Below are positions 10,911 through 22,065 of a DNA stretch of 64,000 bases, piece after piece. Positions within the stretch are counted from its first letter, which is position 1; every line of letters starts with the position of its first letter. Origin of the DNA: a virus (taxonomy: Duplodnaviria > Caudoviricetes); IMG/VR virus record IMGVR_UViG_3300021387_001758, positions 1 through 64,000 of that record, one strand, 5' to 3'. Both the position numbers and the translations under genes were made by a program. Below the pieces are notes generated by a model. That model was given only the letters and a program-made list of their open reading frames with translations. It ran no database searches and was not told where the DNA came from.

Positions 10911-12390
10911 TCGACTGGCCTCCATTCTTATCTAAAGATTCTTCATTAGCAATTGTCTTATCACTCTTTTCATCGTCATCTAGCGCAGGTCTACCCACTT
11001 CACTAGATTGAGTCCAAGACGTTTGTAATGGTTTTAATTTATCATATAATTGTAAAACATCCTCTTCCAGATCTTTTACCTCTCCTAAAGTTTTCTGAGA
11101 AAGTCCAAGAGCAATAGCTGGTAATAAGAAACTATAACCACTAGAAGCCAATTTAAAGCTATTATCCAAATATTTGCTTGTATTATAGTTCGTAATTGGT
11201 AATACAATATAACGAAAAGCAATATTACTATTCTTATATTGGCTATTAACAATTCTGGTAACAAATCTTTCTGCTTTTTTAGCAAAAGTCATCATTAAAG
11301 CTGTATCATTATTTAATGAAGATTCAAGAGCTAAGTTACTATCAGATCCAAATAACTGCTCACTTGCGCCGGCTTCATCATAAACATTTTTTAATGAAGC
11401 TGCCAAAATAGAAGTCGTACTATCACTAGTAGTCTTAGAAATAATAGCATCTACATCGGCATAAGTGGTAAGAACACTAACATTCTTATTATTCCGCATC
11501 ATGCCTACTGTACCTTTATGTATTTCCGCCGCTTCTTCTGGCTCAAATAATAATCCGCCATCCGGTAAATGAGGAATCTTTTGGACTATTATTTTACGAA
11601 TTTCTTCGAGGTCGCGCTCTTTATCAGTCTCAACTGCATCTTCATAATTAATAACAGCTGGAATAACGTGTAAAAAGTTAGGGTGTCCATCCAGGAATGG
11701 AAGACAAATACTATTTTCAGTACTAATATAAACCCATTTACTTCTCACTTTTCCTTTTTTATACCTGCGATACCAATTTACAGCTTCTTTCGGAAAAACT
11801 TTAAATGCTGCTCTTTGTTGATCTTTATCAGTTAAAGAATCAAAATAGGATACGTCAAATTCAATAACGTCGTTCCCACAAGCATCTTTAAAGCGTGACG
11901 CACAATACTTAGCTGGCAAAGTTAATACAGATAAAGTAGTATCATCAATATACTGCACTACTCCATAAAAACAACCATCGCGCAAAGCAGTAAGCGTCCA
12001 CTCAAACATTAGATTTGATAATCCAACACTTTCAACAAAATTAATTGCTTTAAAATACCTTTTCTTTATATAGTCTTCGGAGAGATCTTTCCCATAAGAG
12101 GGAGAAGGAACTAATAATCCAGAATAGGTAAGTATTGTTGCATAGTGAAGTAAAATCCTCTTATAAAGACCATCTTTTCTAAAATAGTTGCGTGACAACT
12201 CAATTTGAGTATCAATATCTCCTGACTCAATAATGTCTTCAACTTGTTGGAGAGTATAATCTCTAGAAGTATCGGAAATCTTTCTATTTCCCCACTCACC
12301 AATATTATAACTGCGCTCATTGGTACCAATTAAACAATCGGTTGAGAACTGAGACAGTTTTTGTTTTAATTGGTCATCATTTCTATCCAT
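10900..12390 (-). CDS. Portal protein
   Basis: 496 aa immediately downstream of terminase large subunit. Confidence 0.7.
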   Translation of the reverse strand: MDRNDDQLKQKLSQFSTDCLIGTNERSYNIGEWGNRKISDTSRDYTLQQVEDIIESGDIDTQIELSRNYFRKDGLYKRILLHYATILTYSGLLVPSPSYGKDLSEDYIKKRYFKAINFVESVGLSNLMFEWTLTALRDGCFYGVVQYIDDTTLSVLTLPAKYCASRFKDACGNDVIEFDVSYFDSLTDKDQQRAAFKVFPKEAVNWYRRYKKGKVRSKWVYISTENSICLPFLDGHPNFLHVIPAVINYEDAVETDKERDLEEIRKIIVQKIPHLPDGGLLFEPEEAAEIHKGTVGMMRNNKNVSVLTTYADVDAIISKTTSDSTTSILAASLKNVYDEAGASEQLFGSDSNLALESSLNNDTALMMTFAKKAERFVTRIVNSQYKNSNIAFRYIVLPITNYNTSKYLDNSFKLASSGYSFLLPAIALGLSQKTLGEVKDLEEDVLQLYDKLKPLQTSWTQSSEVGRPALDDDEKSDKTIANEESLDKNGGQSNGE

Positions 12391-14206
12391 TTATACCTCC
12401 CGTAAAGAAAACTAATTGACGTCCACCTAAAGAGCTTTTCCGACTCTTTTTCTTATAATGTTCCTCTTCTAATTCCTTAATGCGCCAAAGCCCATATGAG
12501 AAAGAAGAATATTTATCTTTTGGAAAACGAGAATTAATACGTTCTAAAACTATATCCAAGCTCGCGCCAGTACGTTTCAAACGTAAGTTACTCATTTCTT
12601 CAAACAAGCGAGTCGTCATTTCATGAGGCATTAATCTTTGAACTCTTTCCTCTGTAGACATCTTTTGGCCAACTTTCGTTGCCAAAAGAGCAGACTTAGC
12701 TTCTTGTTCTTTAATTAAAAATCTAACCATACCACTATTAATTCGAGAATAACAATTACCATGTATTTTAGAATTCAGCGGCCCATTAGCTTTTATACCA
12801 TAAAGAATTTGAGGTGCATCTTTTGGTTGGATTTTCTTATAATTATCATCATTTAAAAATCCAAAAGCTGGCAACAGTTTTCCGTTCTCATCATATTGGT
12901 CTTTTATTAATTCATCAGCTAAACCCACTCCCAAACCGTTAGTATCTATTACGACTTCTTTTGGATTGTAGTCTAAAATTAATCGCTTTAAATCCATAGC
13001 TTGGATAGTAAAGGGTTTAGTTTGAGCAGTACGTCCTAGAACAACCAAGTTAACCAAAGTAGCATAATATTTATCGTTCAAAACATTAACTCTAAATATA
13101 CTTACTGCGGTTTGGTCGGAAATCCTACCAACGTCCACTGATATTAAGTAAAATTGTTGACTGCCTGGTCTTTTAATTTCCCGTCTTTCCGGATTTTTTA
13201 TTTTTCTATACTTAGTTAACTTATCATAAGAGAACCAAGCTTCTTCAGAACTTCCTTGCCAAAGTGACATATATTCTGTTGCGAAAGCTTCAGCATTATA
13301 GGAAGGACTCATTTTTAACTTATTAATATATTGTTTATCTATTAACCCATGCATAGCTGGGATGCGCCAGTCGCATCCAAACACGAAAGCGTGCTCTGGA
13401 TCAATGATAGAAGTTTCAAAAGTATCAATTAATCTATCATATGCAAATGATGTTTTCGCGCCCGCACTGGTCGCGCAAATAATTTGTTGGTTAATTTCAG
13501 CTGGGTTTACTGTATTGTCTGGTAAACGACGAGAAACGTTTACAAGAGGAAGAACTACACTATTAATAGCTTCTTCATCACCATCACGGATCTCATCTAT
13601 AAGTCCACCATGTCTACGTCCACCACGCTGAGTATCACCAGCAAGCACAACATCAAGCACAGAGCCATTTCTAAATCTTAGCTGCACATAGTCTTTACCA
13701 AAGTTGCCAGGATATTCCTTAATTTCATTCCCTACCACTTCTTTCTTTAAGAGCGGCCAATGGTCATAAATTTCATAAAGTTTTTCTTTTGTAATTTGCG
13801 CCGCCTGTTGCTTTGTATTCGCGCAAATGAATATTTTTCGACCAGGAATGAATATGCACTGTAAAAAGAAGGCTAATATTGTTATGAAAGACTTAGAAAA
13901 AGCACGGGGCGCAGTAATAAATACATCACGGTAGCGCATGAGGGCGCGCAGTGTAAGTCTTTGATAAAAGAAAAGCTGAAATTCAGAATCAGTAGGTCGA
14001 ATTAAATCTAAATAATAGTCCGGATAAACTGTAAATAAGTTTGTCCATTCTCGTAAATCCTCTTCATGATCTACTAAATACTTTTGAGTTAAGACAGCTC
14101 CTTTCTCTAATTCTATTCCCTCTCTTTCTGCGACCTCAATATAATCATTCTCATTCATTAGCTTCTGGCGCGCAGTAAGTATAACTTTCTTTTTCTTCTC
14201 TTGCAT
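12383..14206 (-). CDS. terL: Terminase large subunit
   Basis: Walker A-like APRAFSKS, Walker B GLIDE, nuclease motifs ISVDVGR, VIDTNGLG, KDKYSS. Confidence 0.9.
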   Translation of the reverse strand: MQEKKKKVILTARQKLMNENDYIEVAEREGIELEKGAVLTQKYLVDHEEDLREWTNLFTVYPDYYLDLIRPTDSEFQLFFYQRLTLRALMRYRDVFITAPRAFSKSFITILAFFLQCIFIPGRKIFICANTKQQAAQITKEKLYEIYDHWPLLKKEVVGNEIKEYPGNFGKDYVQLRFRNGSVLDVVLAGDTQRGGRRHGGLIDEIRDGDEEAINSVVLPLVNVSRRLPDNTVNPAEINQQIICATSAGAKTSFAYDRLIDTFETSIIDPEHAFVFGCDWRIPAMHGLIDKQYINKLKMSPSYNAEAFATEYMSLWQGSSEEAWFSYDKLTKYRKIKNPERREIKRPGSQQFYLISVDVGRISDQTAVSIFRVNVLNDKYYATLVNLVVLGRTAQTKPFTIQAMDLKRLILDYNPKEVVIDTNGLGVGLADELIKDQYDENGKLLPAFGFLNDDNYKKIQPKDAPQILYGIKANGPLNSKIHGNCYSRINSGMVRFLIKEQEAKSALLATKVGQKMSTEERVQRLMPHEMTTRLFEEMSNLRLKRTGASLDIVLERINSRFPKDKYSSFSYGLWRIKELEEEHYKKKSRKSSLGGRQLVFFTGGING

Positions 14207-15189
14207 TACTGCTCACCTTCTTCTAAATCAGTTTGGAACTCTTCGTCCTCATAAAGCTTCTCAAACCCATCATTTTCATATTCGTCAAAATCTGTATCAG
14301 GCTGCAGATCATAATAGTTTTCTAACTGCGCCGCAGTTTTTAATGACTGAATACGCTGAGTAATCTCATCACCAATACCAGATTCATTGGTATAAAGACG
14401 TTGGTTCCAGCTCTGAATATTTTTAAGTGTCTCATCTACCTCATCACGAGTCGCGCCATCATAGAAACGGTTCTTAAACCCTCTCTTTTCGAGCCAGCGC
14501 ACTAACTCACCAGTAGATTCAAAGTCACTCGCGTTTTTTACGTTCTTTGGAGTAAATTCTCCTGTCTTAACCAGCTTATCATAAGAAGAAAGAAGCTTAT
14601 CAAAATCTTCTCCCTCTCTAATCCTGCAATCTATTTCATAAGAAATCTTACAAATCTTAACAGCTTGGTCGCCTTGTAGCGCGCCATTGATATTCTGAGT
14701 CAATAAAAGCCCATCATATAAATTTTCCAAATAATGAAGAGCTTCATCATCATAATTAAAACCCCATTTCTCTTGGAGTTCTCTCCTTTTGTCATCGCTA
14801 ACTAAAGGAATAACTTCAGATAAGCCGCCTTGATTTTTCAGGTCTATATAAGCATCATAATAATCTTTCCAACCTATTCCATCATACTCGGAAGCAAAAA
14901 ACATATTTGCATAAACTGGGAAAGCATCATCGCCATTAATATTCCTTAGTCTCTCAAATTCCTCCGGAATAAAAGGAATATCAATATACTGACAAAGCTT
15001 GTCAATAAAATCCCATTCAAAATTATGCTCTTTTAAAAGCTCCTCAATGCAATCATTACAAATTGGCAAATGCTTATCTTGATAGAAAATAGATTTGGTT
15101 CTAATATAGTTGGAAGAATTTTGCGGGCGGCCGCAGTGTTCGCACATCTTAGACGAGAAAACTGGTTTCGCATCAAAATTTCTATCCAT
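14206..15189 (-). CDS. Zn-finger protein, possible terminase small subunit
   Basis: CxxC...CxxC N-terminus; coupled to terL. Confidence 0.45.
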   Translation of the reverse strand: MDRNFDAKPVFSSKMCEHCGRPQNSSNYIRTKSIFYQDKHLPICNDCIEELLKEHNFEWDFIDKLCQYIDIPFIPEEFERLRNINGDDAFPVYANMFFASEYDGIGWKDYYDAYIDLKNQGGLSEVIPLVSDDKRRELQEKWGFNYDDEALHYLENLYDGLLLTQNINGALQGDQAVKICKISYEIDCRIREGEDFDKLLSSYDKLVKTGEFTPKNVKNASDFESTGELVRWLEKRGFKNRFYDGATRDEVDETLKNIQSWNQRLYTNESGIGDEITQRIQSLKTAAQLENYYDLQPDTDFDEYENDGFEKLYEDEEFQTDLEEGEQ

Positions 15190-15452
15190 TAATCTTTTCC
15201 TCTATCCTTATTAGCTTTTTTCATAATAAAAAGTAAGTTTCTTCTTTGGGCCTTTGACATTTTCGGAACTTTTTCAAAAAGCTCGTCAAAAAGTTCTTCT
15301 GCGCTTTTCGTAATCGTTCTTTCTTCATCTTTAAAAAGCTTGATTCCGCAAACCGTCAATAAACCCAAATATTCTTGGACTGGTAATTGTATAAGCTCTC
15401 TTGCGAACTTATCCATATACTTATTAAGCTTTCGCTCATTTTTATCTACCAT
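15189..15452 (-). CDS. Hypothetical protein
   Basis: 87 aa, coupled to neighbours. Confidence 0.5.
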   Translation of the reverse strand: MVDKNERKLNKYMDKFARELIQLPVQEYLGLLTVCGIKLFKDEERTITKSAEELFDELFEKVPKMSKAQRRNLLFIMKKANKDRGKD

Positions 15453-16849
15453 TATTTTTTCTTCTCCTTCTCTTTTTTCTTAGCATCGCGCCGTTCCTTT
15501 TCGCATCTCTTACATTTCGAGTTAAAACCTGTTGCAGATTTACTTTTCTTCACGAAATTCCTACTATGGAGAAGTAGGGTTCTCCCACAAAAATTACATT
15601 TTCTGAAGTTTTCCGGAAAGAACAAATTTCCAATAACCTCAAAATGGTATTCTGCGGCTTCATTAATTTTTTTAATAACCTTTTGCTTAAAGATAGTACT
15701 AATATAGTTTGTTGTATAATTCTTCCCATACTTTTGATTAATGAACTTTGCTATGTCCTGATTTCGCTCCCCTTGGATTTTTAGGCGCAAAATATCTTGT
15801 TGGGCGTCGCTAAGCTCCGCAAACTCCATGTAAAAGTAAAGCGTATCAAGTAAAGCCCCACTATTAGTTTCAAAGTTGAAGTCGGCTTCTGCTCTGGCCG
15901 CAGACTCTTCCAATTCCTGTATCATGGAAATGATCTGGTAAACGTCTTCTTGGCGGCGGAAATCAAGGAAGTTGGGGGTTTGGTTTAGTTCGGAAATTTT
16001 CTGCCAGTAAAATTGGGAAATGTAAGAAAGTTCAGAAGATGTATACTGCGCGGGGTCGAAGTCCAATCGAAAAATAAGCTGGGAGTAGTCTGAGTTAATG
16101 TTGAAAAGACCCAGCGGCGCAACTAAAACGTCACAATCCCAACTTATAGAGTCGTTTGCGGGCGGGCGCAACTCGTAGGAGGAAGGAAGTAGAGTCGGCG
16201 CATAGGAGTCCTTATACGTAAATTGCTGTTTACGAAGTTCGACTAATTCGTGACGTTTTTTAAGGTAGGAGTAGGGGTTGAGGTGGAGGGAACGCTCTTC
16301 GAGGGTTTTTTGTTCCTCTTCTGTAAATCGGTTCAAAAGCTCGTCGCGCGGTGGGGTTTTGCGTTTTCCGCTTCGTAAATCGTAGTAGTTTAGGGTAAGT
16401 TCGAGTTGGTCTATCGACCTCCATAACTCTTCTAAAATCGCTAAAATCTCTGGTGGAGCCGACTTACGAGCTGCCGCACGACTAAATGTAGCTTTGGGTT
16501 GGGTATAGTGGACCGGATCGTTCGTTAGGGTTGCTTCGTTGAAGGTGGGAGCTTCAATAAGGGCGTCAAGCGATTCAGTTTTTTCCTTTGTATCCCAAGT
16601 CCCATGACTCGTCTTAATCTCTATGCCGGCTTTAGCTGCTACGGTTTCTTTTTTGTTAAAGGTTTTTTGGGTTAGGGGTTCCTCGTTTTGGCTTGCGTTT
16701 AAGGCGCGGCCCCATAGAATGTAGTTACCCATTGTTTCGAGTTCGTCGGATGTTGGGTTGAAGTCAATACGTTGAAGATAGTCTTCGAGGAATTTTTTGC
16801 GTTCCTCGGCATCTATAATTGTAAAATCTAGGTGTAATCGGTTTGCCAT
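15452..16849 (-). CDS. HTH (sigma70 region-4/LuxR-like) plus C-terminal Zn-finger protein; possible late transcription regulator
   Basis: LSDAQQDILRLKIQGERNQDIAKFINQKYGKNYTTNYISTIF HTH-like; CNFC...CKRC; first gene of the structural operon. Confidence 0.55.
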   Translation of the reverse strand: MANRLHLDFTIIDAEERKKFLEDYLQRIDFNPTSDELETMGNYILWGRALNASQNEEPLTQKTFNKKETVAAKAGIEIKTSHGTWDTKEKTESLDALIEAPTFNEATLTNDPVHYTQPKATFSRAAARKSAPPEILAILEELWRSIDQLELTLNYYDLRSGKRKTPPRDELLNRFTEEEQKTLEERSLHLNPYSYLKKRHELVELRKQQFTYKDSYAPTLLPSSYELRPPANDSISWDCDVLVAPLGLFNINSDYSQLIFRLDFDPAQYTSSELSYISQFYWQKISELNQTPNFLDFRRQEDVYQIISMIQELEESAARAEADFNFETNSGALLDTLYFYMEFAELSDAQQDILRLKIQGERNQDIAKFINQKYGKNYTTNYISTIFKQKVIKKINEAAEYHFEVIGNLFFPENFRKCNFCGRTLLLHSRNFVKKSKSATGFNSKCKRCEKERRDAKKKEKEKKK

Positions 16850-16930
16850 ATATCTAATCTATGAATACGCTCGGCTTCGATTTGGTTTGTGGAGAGGTGA
16901 AGCGAACGTTAATTTTCCTCCTATAATATA

Positions 16931-16959
16931 AGTATAGCAGATTGCGGAGGAGAAGTCAA
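16931..16959 (-). promoter_or_regulatory. sigmaA-type promoter for the structural operon
   Basis: Minus strand TTGACT-N17-TATACT. Confidence 0.7.
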
Positions 16960-17674
16960 ATTTTAGAAGGCATAGGTTGAAAAAAATATCTTGTGGGGAT
17001 AATAGGTTCAGATTTTTGTTTCGTGGAGATAATGTAGGGGCCGTTTTTCTCTAACGCTTTCCAAAACCTTCCTTTTCCTAAAATAACCCCGGCCCTTCGA
17101 GCGATTGACTTTGTTAAATTTTTAACAACCTCTTCATCAATTCTCACTCAATTTTTCCGCAAGTTACTGTCGCCCAAAAGAACATATGTTCTTTTTTCTA
17201 TTGTCAAAAAATTTTTAGAATTTCGAAAGAATTCCTAAAAGGGGCCGGTCATTTTTTATTCACCCCTCTTCAATAAAAACCACCCCTCTTTTAGTCGAAC
17301 AAAGGAGATCCTATTCTGCGGGCCAGGGTCGCGAAAAAGAACATATGTTCTTTTATTTAGTCCGGACTTTGTTAAATTTTTAACAAAGTCGTAGTCCGGA
17401 CTTTGTTAAATTTTTAACAGGTGATCGTCTTATCTTTGGGACGTTTTAGTCCGGCCTTTGTTAAAAATTTAACAAAGTCCCGCGCGAGTTGGGGGGCCAA
17501 ACACTTTAGCGCATTAAAGTAGTAAAGCGAACCTCTTCATTTTGTATTGTGTATACAGTATACAAGGACAAAAAAATAAATTAAAAAGATAATAAAAAAA
17601 TAATAAAAAGGGGTTGACAAGTTATAGTATCCATGCTATTATATATATGTAAGAAAGAGAGAGGAGAAAAGGAA

Positions 17675-18085
17675 ATGACAAAGGCTTACTACTTCGATAT
17701 GGACGGCGTGCTCGCAAACTTCCATAAGGCATATAAAGAGGATAGAATGGTTGCTCTTAAGAGAGATAAGATGGCGAACCTTGAACCGTTCGAAGCAAAC
17801 GTGAAACTCGTTCGCAACCTTATCGCACATAACGAAGTAGTATATGTACTCACTAAGGCAGCCAACGAAGAGGCGATGGAAGGCAAGATTGAATGGCTTG
17901 CAAAGTACGTTCCTGAGATGGATAAAGAACACTTCATTTGCATCGTAGGTCATGGTAAGAAAGTTGACTTCATTCGTGAAGATGGCGTACTCGTTGATGA
18001 TGATATGAAGAACCTTAAGCCGTGGGCAAAGGAAGGACACGAAGTATACTACGTAGAAGAAAAGGGAATGGAAGTAGTATTCTAA
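17675..18085 (+). CDS. HAD-superfamily 5'(3')-nucleotidase-like protein, paralog 1
   Basis: DMDGVLANF motif I, LVDDD motif IV; own promoter at 17614-17642; start at 17675 by RBS. Confidence 0.75.
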   Translation: MTKAYYFDMDGVLANFHKAYKEDRMVALKRDKMANLEPFEANVKLVRNLIAHNEVVYVLTKAANEEAMEGKIEWLAKYVPEMDKEHFICIVGHGKKVDFIREDGVLVDDDMKNLKPWAKEGHEVYYVEEKGMEVVF

Positions 18086-18260
18086 AGATAGAAAGAGGGT
18101 AGATAAAAGGTTTACCCTCTTCATTTATAGATAGAAAATAGATAGATAAATAGACAGTGAAAAAAGTTTAACTAATTTGTAAAAAGGGGTTGACAGTACC
18201 TCTTCATTGTGGTATATTATAGTTAAGGAAAGGGAAGATAATTGAAAGGAAGGTAAACAA

Positions 18261-18437
18261 ATGAGGAATATAAACACTGAAAACATTATTATAGCAATTA
18301 CAATAATTGCGGCAATTATCGGAACAATCATTGGTATTATTGCAATCGTAAACGGACAGATAGTAGACAGTGAAACAGTTAGCCCCGCCAACCCAGCAAG
18401 TCCCGTTCATCAGTTAATGAAGAGTGTAATGTATTAA
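18261..18437 (+). CDS. Small single-pass membrane protein (58 aa)
   Basis: Hand-translated MRNINTENIIIAITIIAAIIGTIIGIIAIVNG...; promoter, RBS and terminator (18437-18458). Confidence 0.6.
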   Translation: MRNINTENIIIAITIIAAIIGTIIGIIAIVNGQIVDSETVSPANPASPVHQLMKSVMY

Positions 18438-18695
18438 AGAAGTCGAAAGACTTCTTTTCATTTACCAAGGGACGAACATACGTTCGCACCAAGCGAACAT
18501 ATGTTCGTCTACTGCGGGCGGCCGCGCGCACTTTAGCACGTTAAAGCATTAAAGCATTAGTATCGAGTTTGTTTGTTAATTAACAAACGACATATTTATA
18601 CATTGAAATGAATATTTATTTTTTTAATTTGAGGGTTGACAAATATATTCAGTTGTGGTATATTATAATTGACGAAAGGAAAGGAGAAAACACAA

Positions 18696-19439
18696 ATGAC
18701 AAAACTAATATTCGATACTGAGACTACTGGACTGGATAAGCCGTTCTGTTACAATGTGGGCTATATCATTGTTAATGATGAGGGTATGGTAGAGGTAAAG
18801 AAAGAGTATGTATGCGAGCAGGTATGGCATAATCCAATGCTATTTACTACTGCATACTATGCGAACAAAAGACCAATCTATGTTAACAGAATGAGAGCAA
18901 GACAGATAACAATGAAGAAATTCGGTTATATCTGTCAAGAGATGATTAGAGATATTGAGCGCTATAATGTTACAATGGCTTTTGCTTTCAATAGCGACTT
19001 TGACGAGAAAGTGTTCGACTTCAATTGTGAATGGTTCAAATGTAATAATCCTTTTGATAATGTGGAAATTAAGGATATTAGAGGTTTCGTTCATCACTTC
19101 TTAATTGATAACGAGTTTAAAGCATTTTGCGAAGAACACGAACTGTTTACAGAATGTGGTAACTATTCCACCACAGCCGAAACAATGTATAGATATATAA
19201 CTGATGATAATACTTTTGAGGAAGAGCACACGGCGTTAAGTGATAGCATTATTGAGTGGGAAGTATTGAAGAAATGTATTGAAAGGGGCGCTGATACTAC
19301 AGAGAATTATAAAGCGTATCGCTCAATTAAAAGAGATACCGAAAAGGTATTAACAATTGATAATAAAGGCGATATATATACAATTCCTTGTAAAGAGTAT
19401 AAAGTTTATAAAAGCAAAAATAAAATTGTAATTAAATAA
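18696..19439 (+). CDS. DEDDh 3'-5' exonuclease (DnaQ-like), paralog 1
   Basis: IFDTETTG, AFNSDFD, HTALSDS motifs. Confidence 0.85.
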   Translation: MTKLIFDTETTGLDKPFCYNVGYIIVNDEGMVEVKKEYVCEQVWHNPMLFTTAYYANKRPIYVNRMRARQITMKKFGYICQEMIRDIERYNVTMAFAFNSDFDEKVFDFNCEWFKCNNPFDNVEIKDIRGFVHHFLIDNEFKAFCEEHELFTECGNYSTTAETMYRYITDDNTFEEEHTALSDSIIEWEVLKKCIERGADTTENYKAYRSIKRDTEKVLTIDNKGDIYTIPCKEYKVYKSKNKIVIK

Positions 19440-19535
19440 AAAAGTTTTGAAAAAGGGGTTGACAAACCCCTTTTTCCATGTTATTATATGTATGTAAGAA
19501 AGAGAGAGAGTTAAAAAAAGAAAGGAAGTAAAAAA

Positions 19536-19736
19536 ATGAAGTTCTTTAAGATGATGAAGGCGGCGGTAATGATTGGTAAAATGTTCAGCGATGAGGAAAA
19601 AATCAAAGAGTTAATCGACGAATACTTTGCCGAAACCGGATTAACAGTCACTGTTGAAGAGGTAAAGGCAAACGATTCAGAAAAAGTCGACTGGTTTGCG
19701 GAATGGGTTTCTGATAAGGTTATCGCACAACTTTAA
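19536..19736 (+). CDS. Hypothetical protein
   Basis: 66 aa with own promoter and RBS. Confidence 0.6.
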   Translation: MKFFKMMKAAVMIGKMFSDEEKIKELIDEYFAETGLTVTVEEVKANDSEKVDWFAEWVSDKVIAQL

Positions 19737-19839
19737 AAAATAAAATAAAAAAATAAGCGAAAGGGGTTGACAAAACCCCTTTTGTATTGTATTATAATTA
19801 TAGAAAGAGAGAGGAAGAAAAGAAAGAGAGGTAAATAAA

Positions 19840-19998
19840 ATGACAAGAAAGATGGTAGAAGAAAGAATGAAATTCGTTGAAGAAAGACTTTTCTATATCG
19901 CGATGGTAGATATGCCGACCGCAAGAGATAAAGAACTTGAAAGAGAATTTGAACACGAACTCAAAGGACTTAAAGAACAGATGAAGGCGTTCGGTTGA
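19840..19998 (+). CDS. Hypothetical protein (52 aa)
   Basis: Hand-translated MTRKMVEERMKFVEERLFY...; promoter and RBS. Confidence 0.55.
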   Translation: MTRKMVEERMKFVEERLFYIAMVDMPTARDKELEREFEHELKGLKEQMKAFG

Positions 19999-20228
19999 CG
20001 GACGCTTTTTTATGTCAACCAAAAGAACATATGTTCGTCCTGGCGCGGGCGCGTCCACTTTAGCACACTAAAGCGTTAAAGTGTAGATCTTTCGGGCGCG
20101 CTTGTTAAAAATTTAACAAAGTTCCTCTTCAAAAAATTTTAAATTTTTTAAAATAAATACTTGACAAATAAATATATTTTATATATAATATATATAGAAA
20201 GAGAAAGGTAAAAGAAAGGAAAATAAAA

Positions 20229-20672
20229 ATGACTAAAGCAATTTACTTCGATATGGATGGAACAATCGCTAACCTTTACGGAGTTGAAAATTGGTTAGAT
20301 ATGCTTATCAATGGAGACGAAACACCATACAGAGTGGCGAAACCGATGATAAAAATGAATGTACTTGCAAGGTACTTAAACAAGTTACAGAGACATGGTT
20401 ATATAATCGGAATTGTTAGTTGGTTGTCTAAAGGTGGAAACACAGAATATAATAAAAAAGTAACAGAAACAAAAATCAAATGGTTGCATACTCACTTGAA
20501 AAGTGTTGAATGGAACGAAATAAAAATCGTTGAATACGGAACACCTAAAGAAACGATTGTAAACTATCCAAAAGGTATTCTGTTCGATGATGAAAAACAG
20601 AATAGAAAAAATTGGAAAGGTAAAGCATATAAAGAAAATCAGATTATGGAAGTGTTGAAAGCGATTGCATAA
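20229..20672 (+). CDS. HAD-superfamily nucleotidase-like protein, paralog 2
   Basis: FDMDGTIANL, LFDDE motifs. Confidence 0.75.
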   Translation: MTKAIYFDMDGTIANLYGVENWLDMLINGDETPYRVAKPMIKMNVLARYLNKLQRHGYIIGIVSWLSKGGNTEYNKKVTETKIKWLHTHLKSVEWNEIKIVEYGTPKETIVNYPKGILFDDEKQNRKNWKGKAYKENQIMEVLKAIA

Positions 20673-20757
20673 AATCGCTTTCAACCTTAAAAAAGGTATT
20701 GACAAGTTAAAAATTATATGCTATAATAAAAGCAGATAAAGGAAAGGGGAAAAGAAA

Positions 20758-21051
20758 ATGACACAGAGTATTATGCAGTTGGCGGAATTATTAGACGAGT
20801 GGAATATTCCTTATGAATTAACTGACGATGTATGCGGAAACGAAAATAATCAGTTATGGTATCCTAACTATAAACATAATATTTGTGATGTAATTTGTCA
20901 CGAATACAGTTACGGCGGAAAAGATGGCTTACTTGAAATAATGGGTTTAGTCCCTGAAGAGGTCGGCGATGATGTAGAAGGGTATTTAACAGTTGCGGAA
21001 GTATTCCACAGAATTCTGCAGGACTATTGCGAAAATAAAGTAAAAAATTAA
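20758..21051 (+). CDS. Hypothetical protein
   Basis: 97 aa; promoter and RBS. Confidence 0.65.
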   Translation: MTQSIMQLAELLDEWNIPYELTDDVCGNENNQLWYPNYKHNICDVICHEYSYGGKDGLLEIMGLVPEEVGDDVEGYLTVAEVFHRILQDYCENKVKN

Positions 21052-21142
21052 AAAGTTTTTTTCTAAAAAGGGTTGACAAACCCTTTTTTTCATGTTATAT
21101 TATATATGTAAGAAAGAGAGAGATAAAAGAAAGGAAAAGAAA

Positions 21143-21316
21143 ATGGCTTACGTAGAAATGTTCGATTATGTGCTTTCTGTAGAACAGTATGAACGCGAAC
21201 GCGCGCAGTACCACGAAGAATGGTTAGCGATGGATGATTGGGACCGTTCATGGTATGATGATGAAGAGGAATTCATCGAAGACCGTTTCCATTCCGCTTG
21301 CTATCCGGATGACTAA
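21143..21316 (+). CDS. Small acidic protein (57 aa)
   Basis: Start re-placed by RBS; terminator at ~21327-21352. Confidence 0.6.
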   Translation: MAYVEMFDYVLSVEQYERERAQYHEEWLAMDDWDRSWYDDEEEFIEDRFHSACYPDD

Positions 21317-21614
21317 AGAAAAGAAAAGTAAGCCGCAAGGCTTATTTTTTTCTATCCATCAAAAGAACATATGTTCGGGCGCGGCCGGCCGCACTTTAGC
21401 GCATTAAAGTAATAAAGTGCGCGACTTTCGCCGTCGATTGTTAAATTTTTAACAATTGATCCTATATATATATTATAATTCTCTTCCCATTATATCATAC
21501 CATACAAGAGAGATAATGTCAAGGGAAAAATTAAAAAAAATTTGTTAAATTTTCCCTTGACAGATTAAAAAACTCATGCTATAATAAAGACACAAAAGGA
21601 AAGGAGAGTAAAAA

Positions 21615-21851
21615 ATGAAAGCATTTGTTACGAAAGCAAACTCGGATTATTGGTACAAAATTAAAGAATTTGACACGATGGAAGATATTGCAAAATTTAT
21701 GAAAGAGGTTGAGTGCGGATTAATTATTGAAGAAAATGATTATACTGACGATGTACTTTTTGAATTTTGGGACGGAATGAAACAGGAAGACATTCCGATT
21801 ATTAAAGAATGTGCTTTACATATCACTATTTACAATGATTATGTAGAATAA
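21615..21851 (+). CDS. Hypothetical protein
   Basis: 78 aa; promoter, RBS, terminator at ~21872-21900. Confidence 0.65.
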   Translation: MKAFVTKANSDYWYKIKEFDTMEDIAKFMKEVECGLIIEENDYTDDVLFEFWDGMKQEDIPIIKECALHITIYNDYVE

Positions 21852-22065
21852 AAATTCTGATAAAGAGAAAAGAGTTAGTCTTTACTAACTCTTTTCTTTT
21901 GCGCGTCCCTCTTCAAAAAAAAACTTGACAAAATAAAAAAAATATGATATAATATATATAGAAAATAAAAAAGAAAAGAAAATTTGAAAAAAAATTAGAA
22001 AAAGGGTTGACAAACAAAATTTGAGTGGTATAATAATAGTAGAAAAAGAGAAAGGAGAAAAGAAA

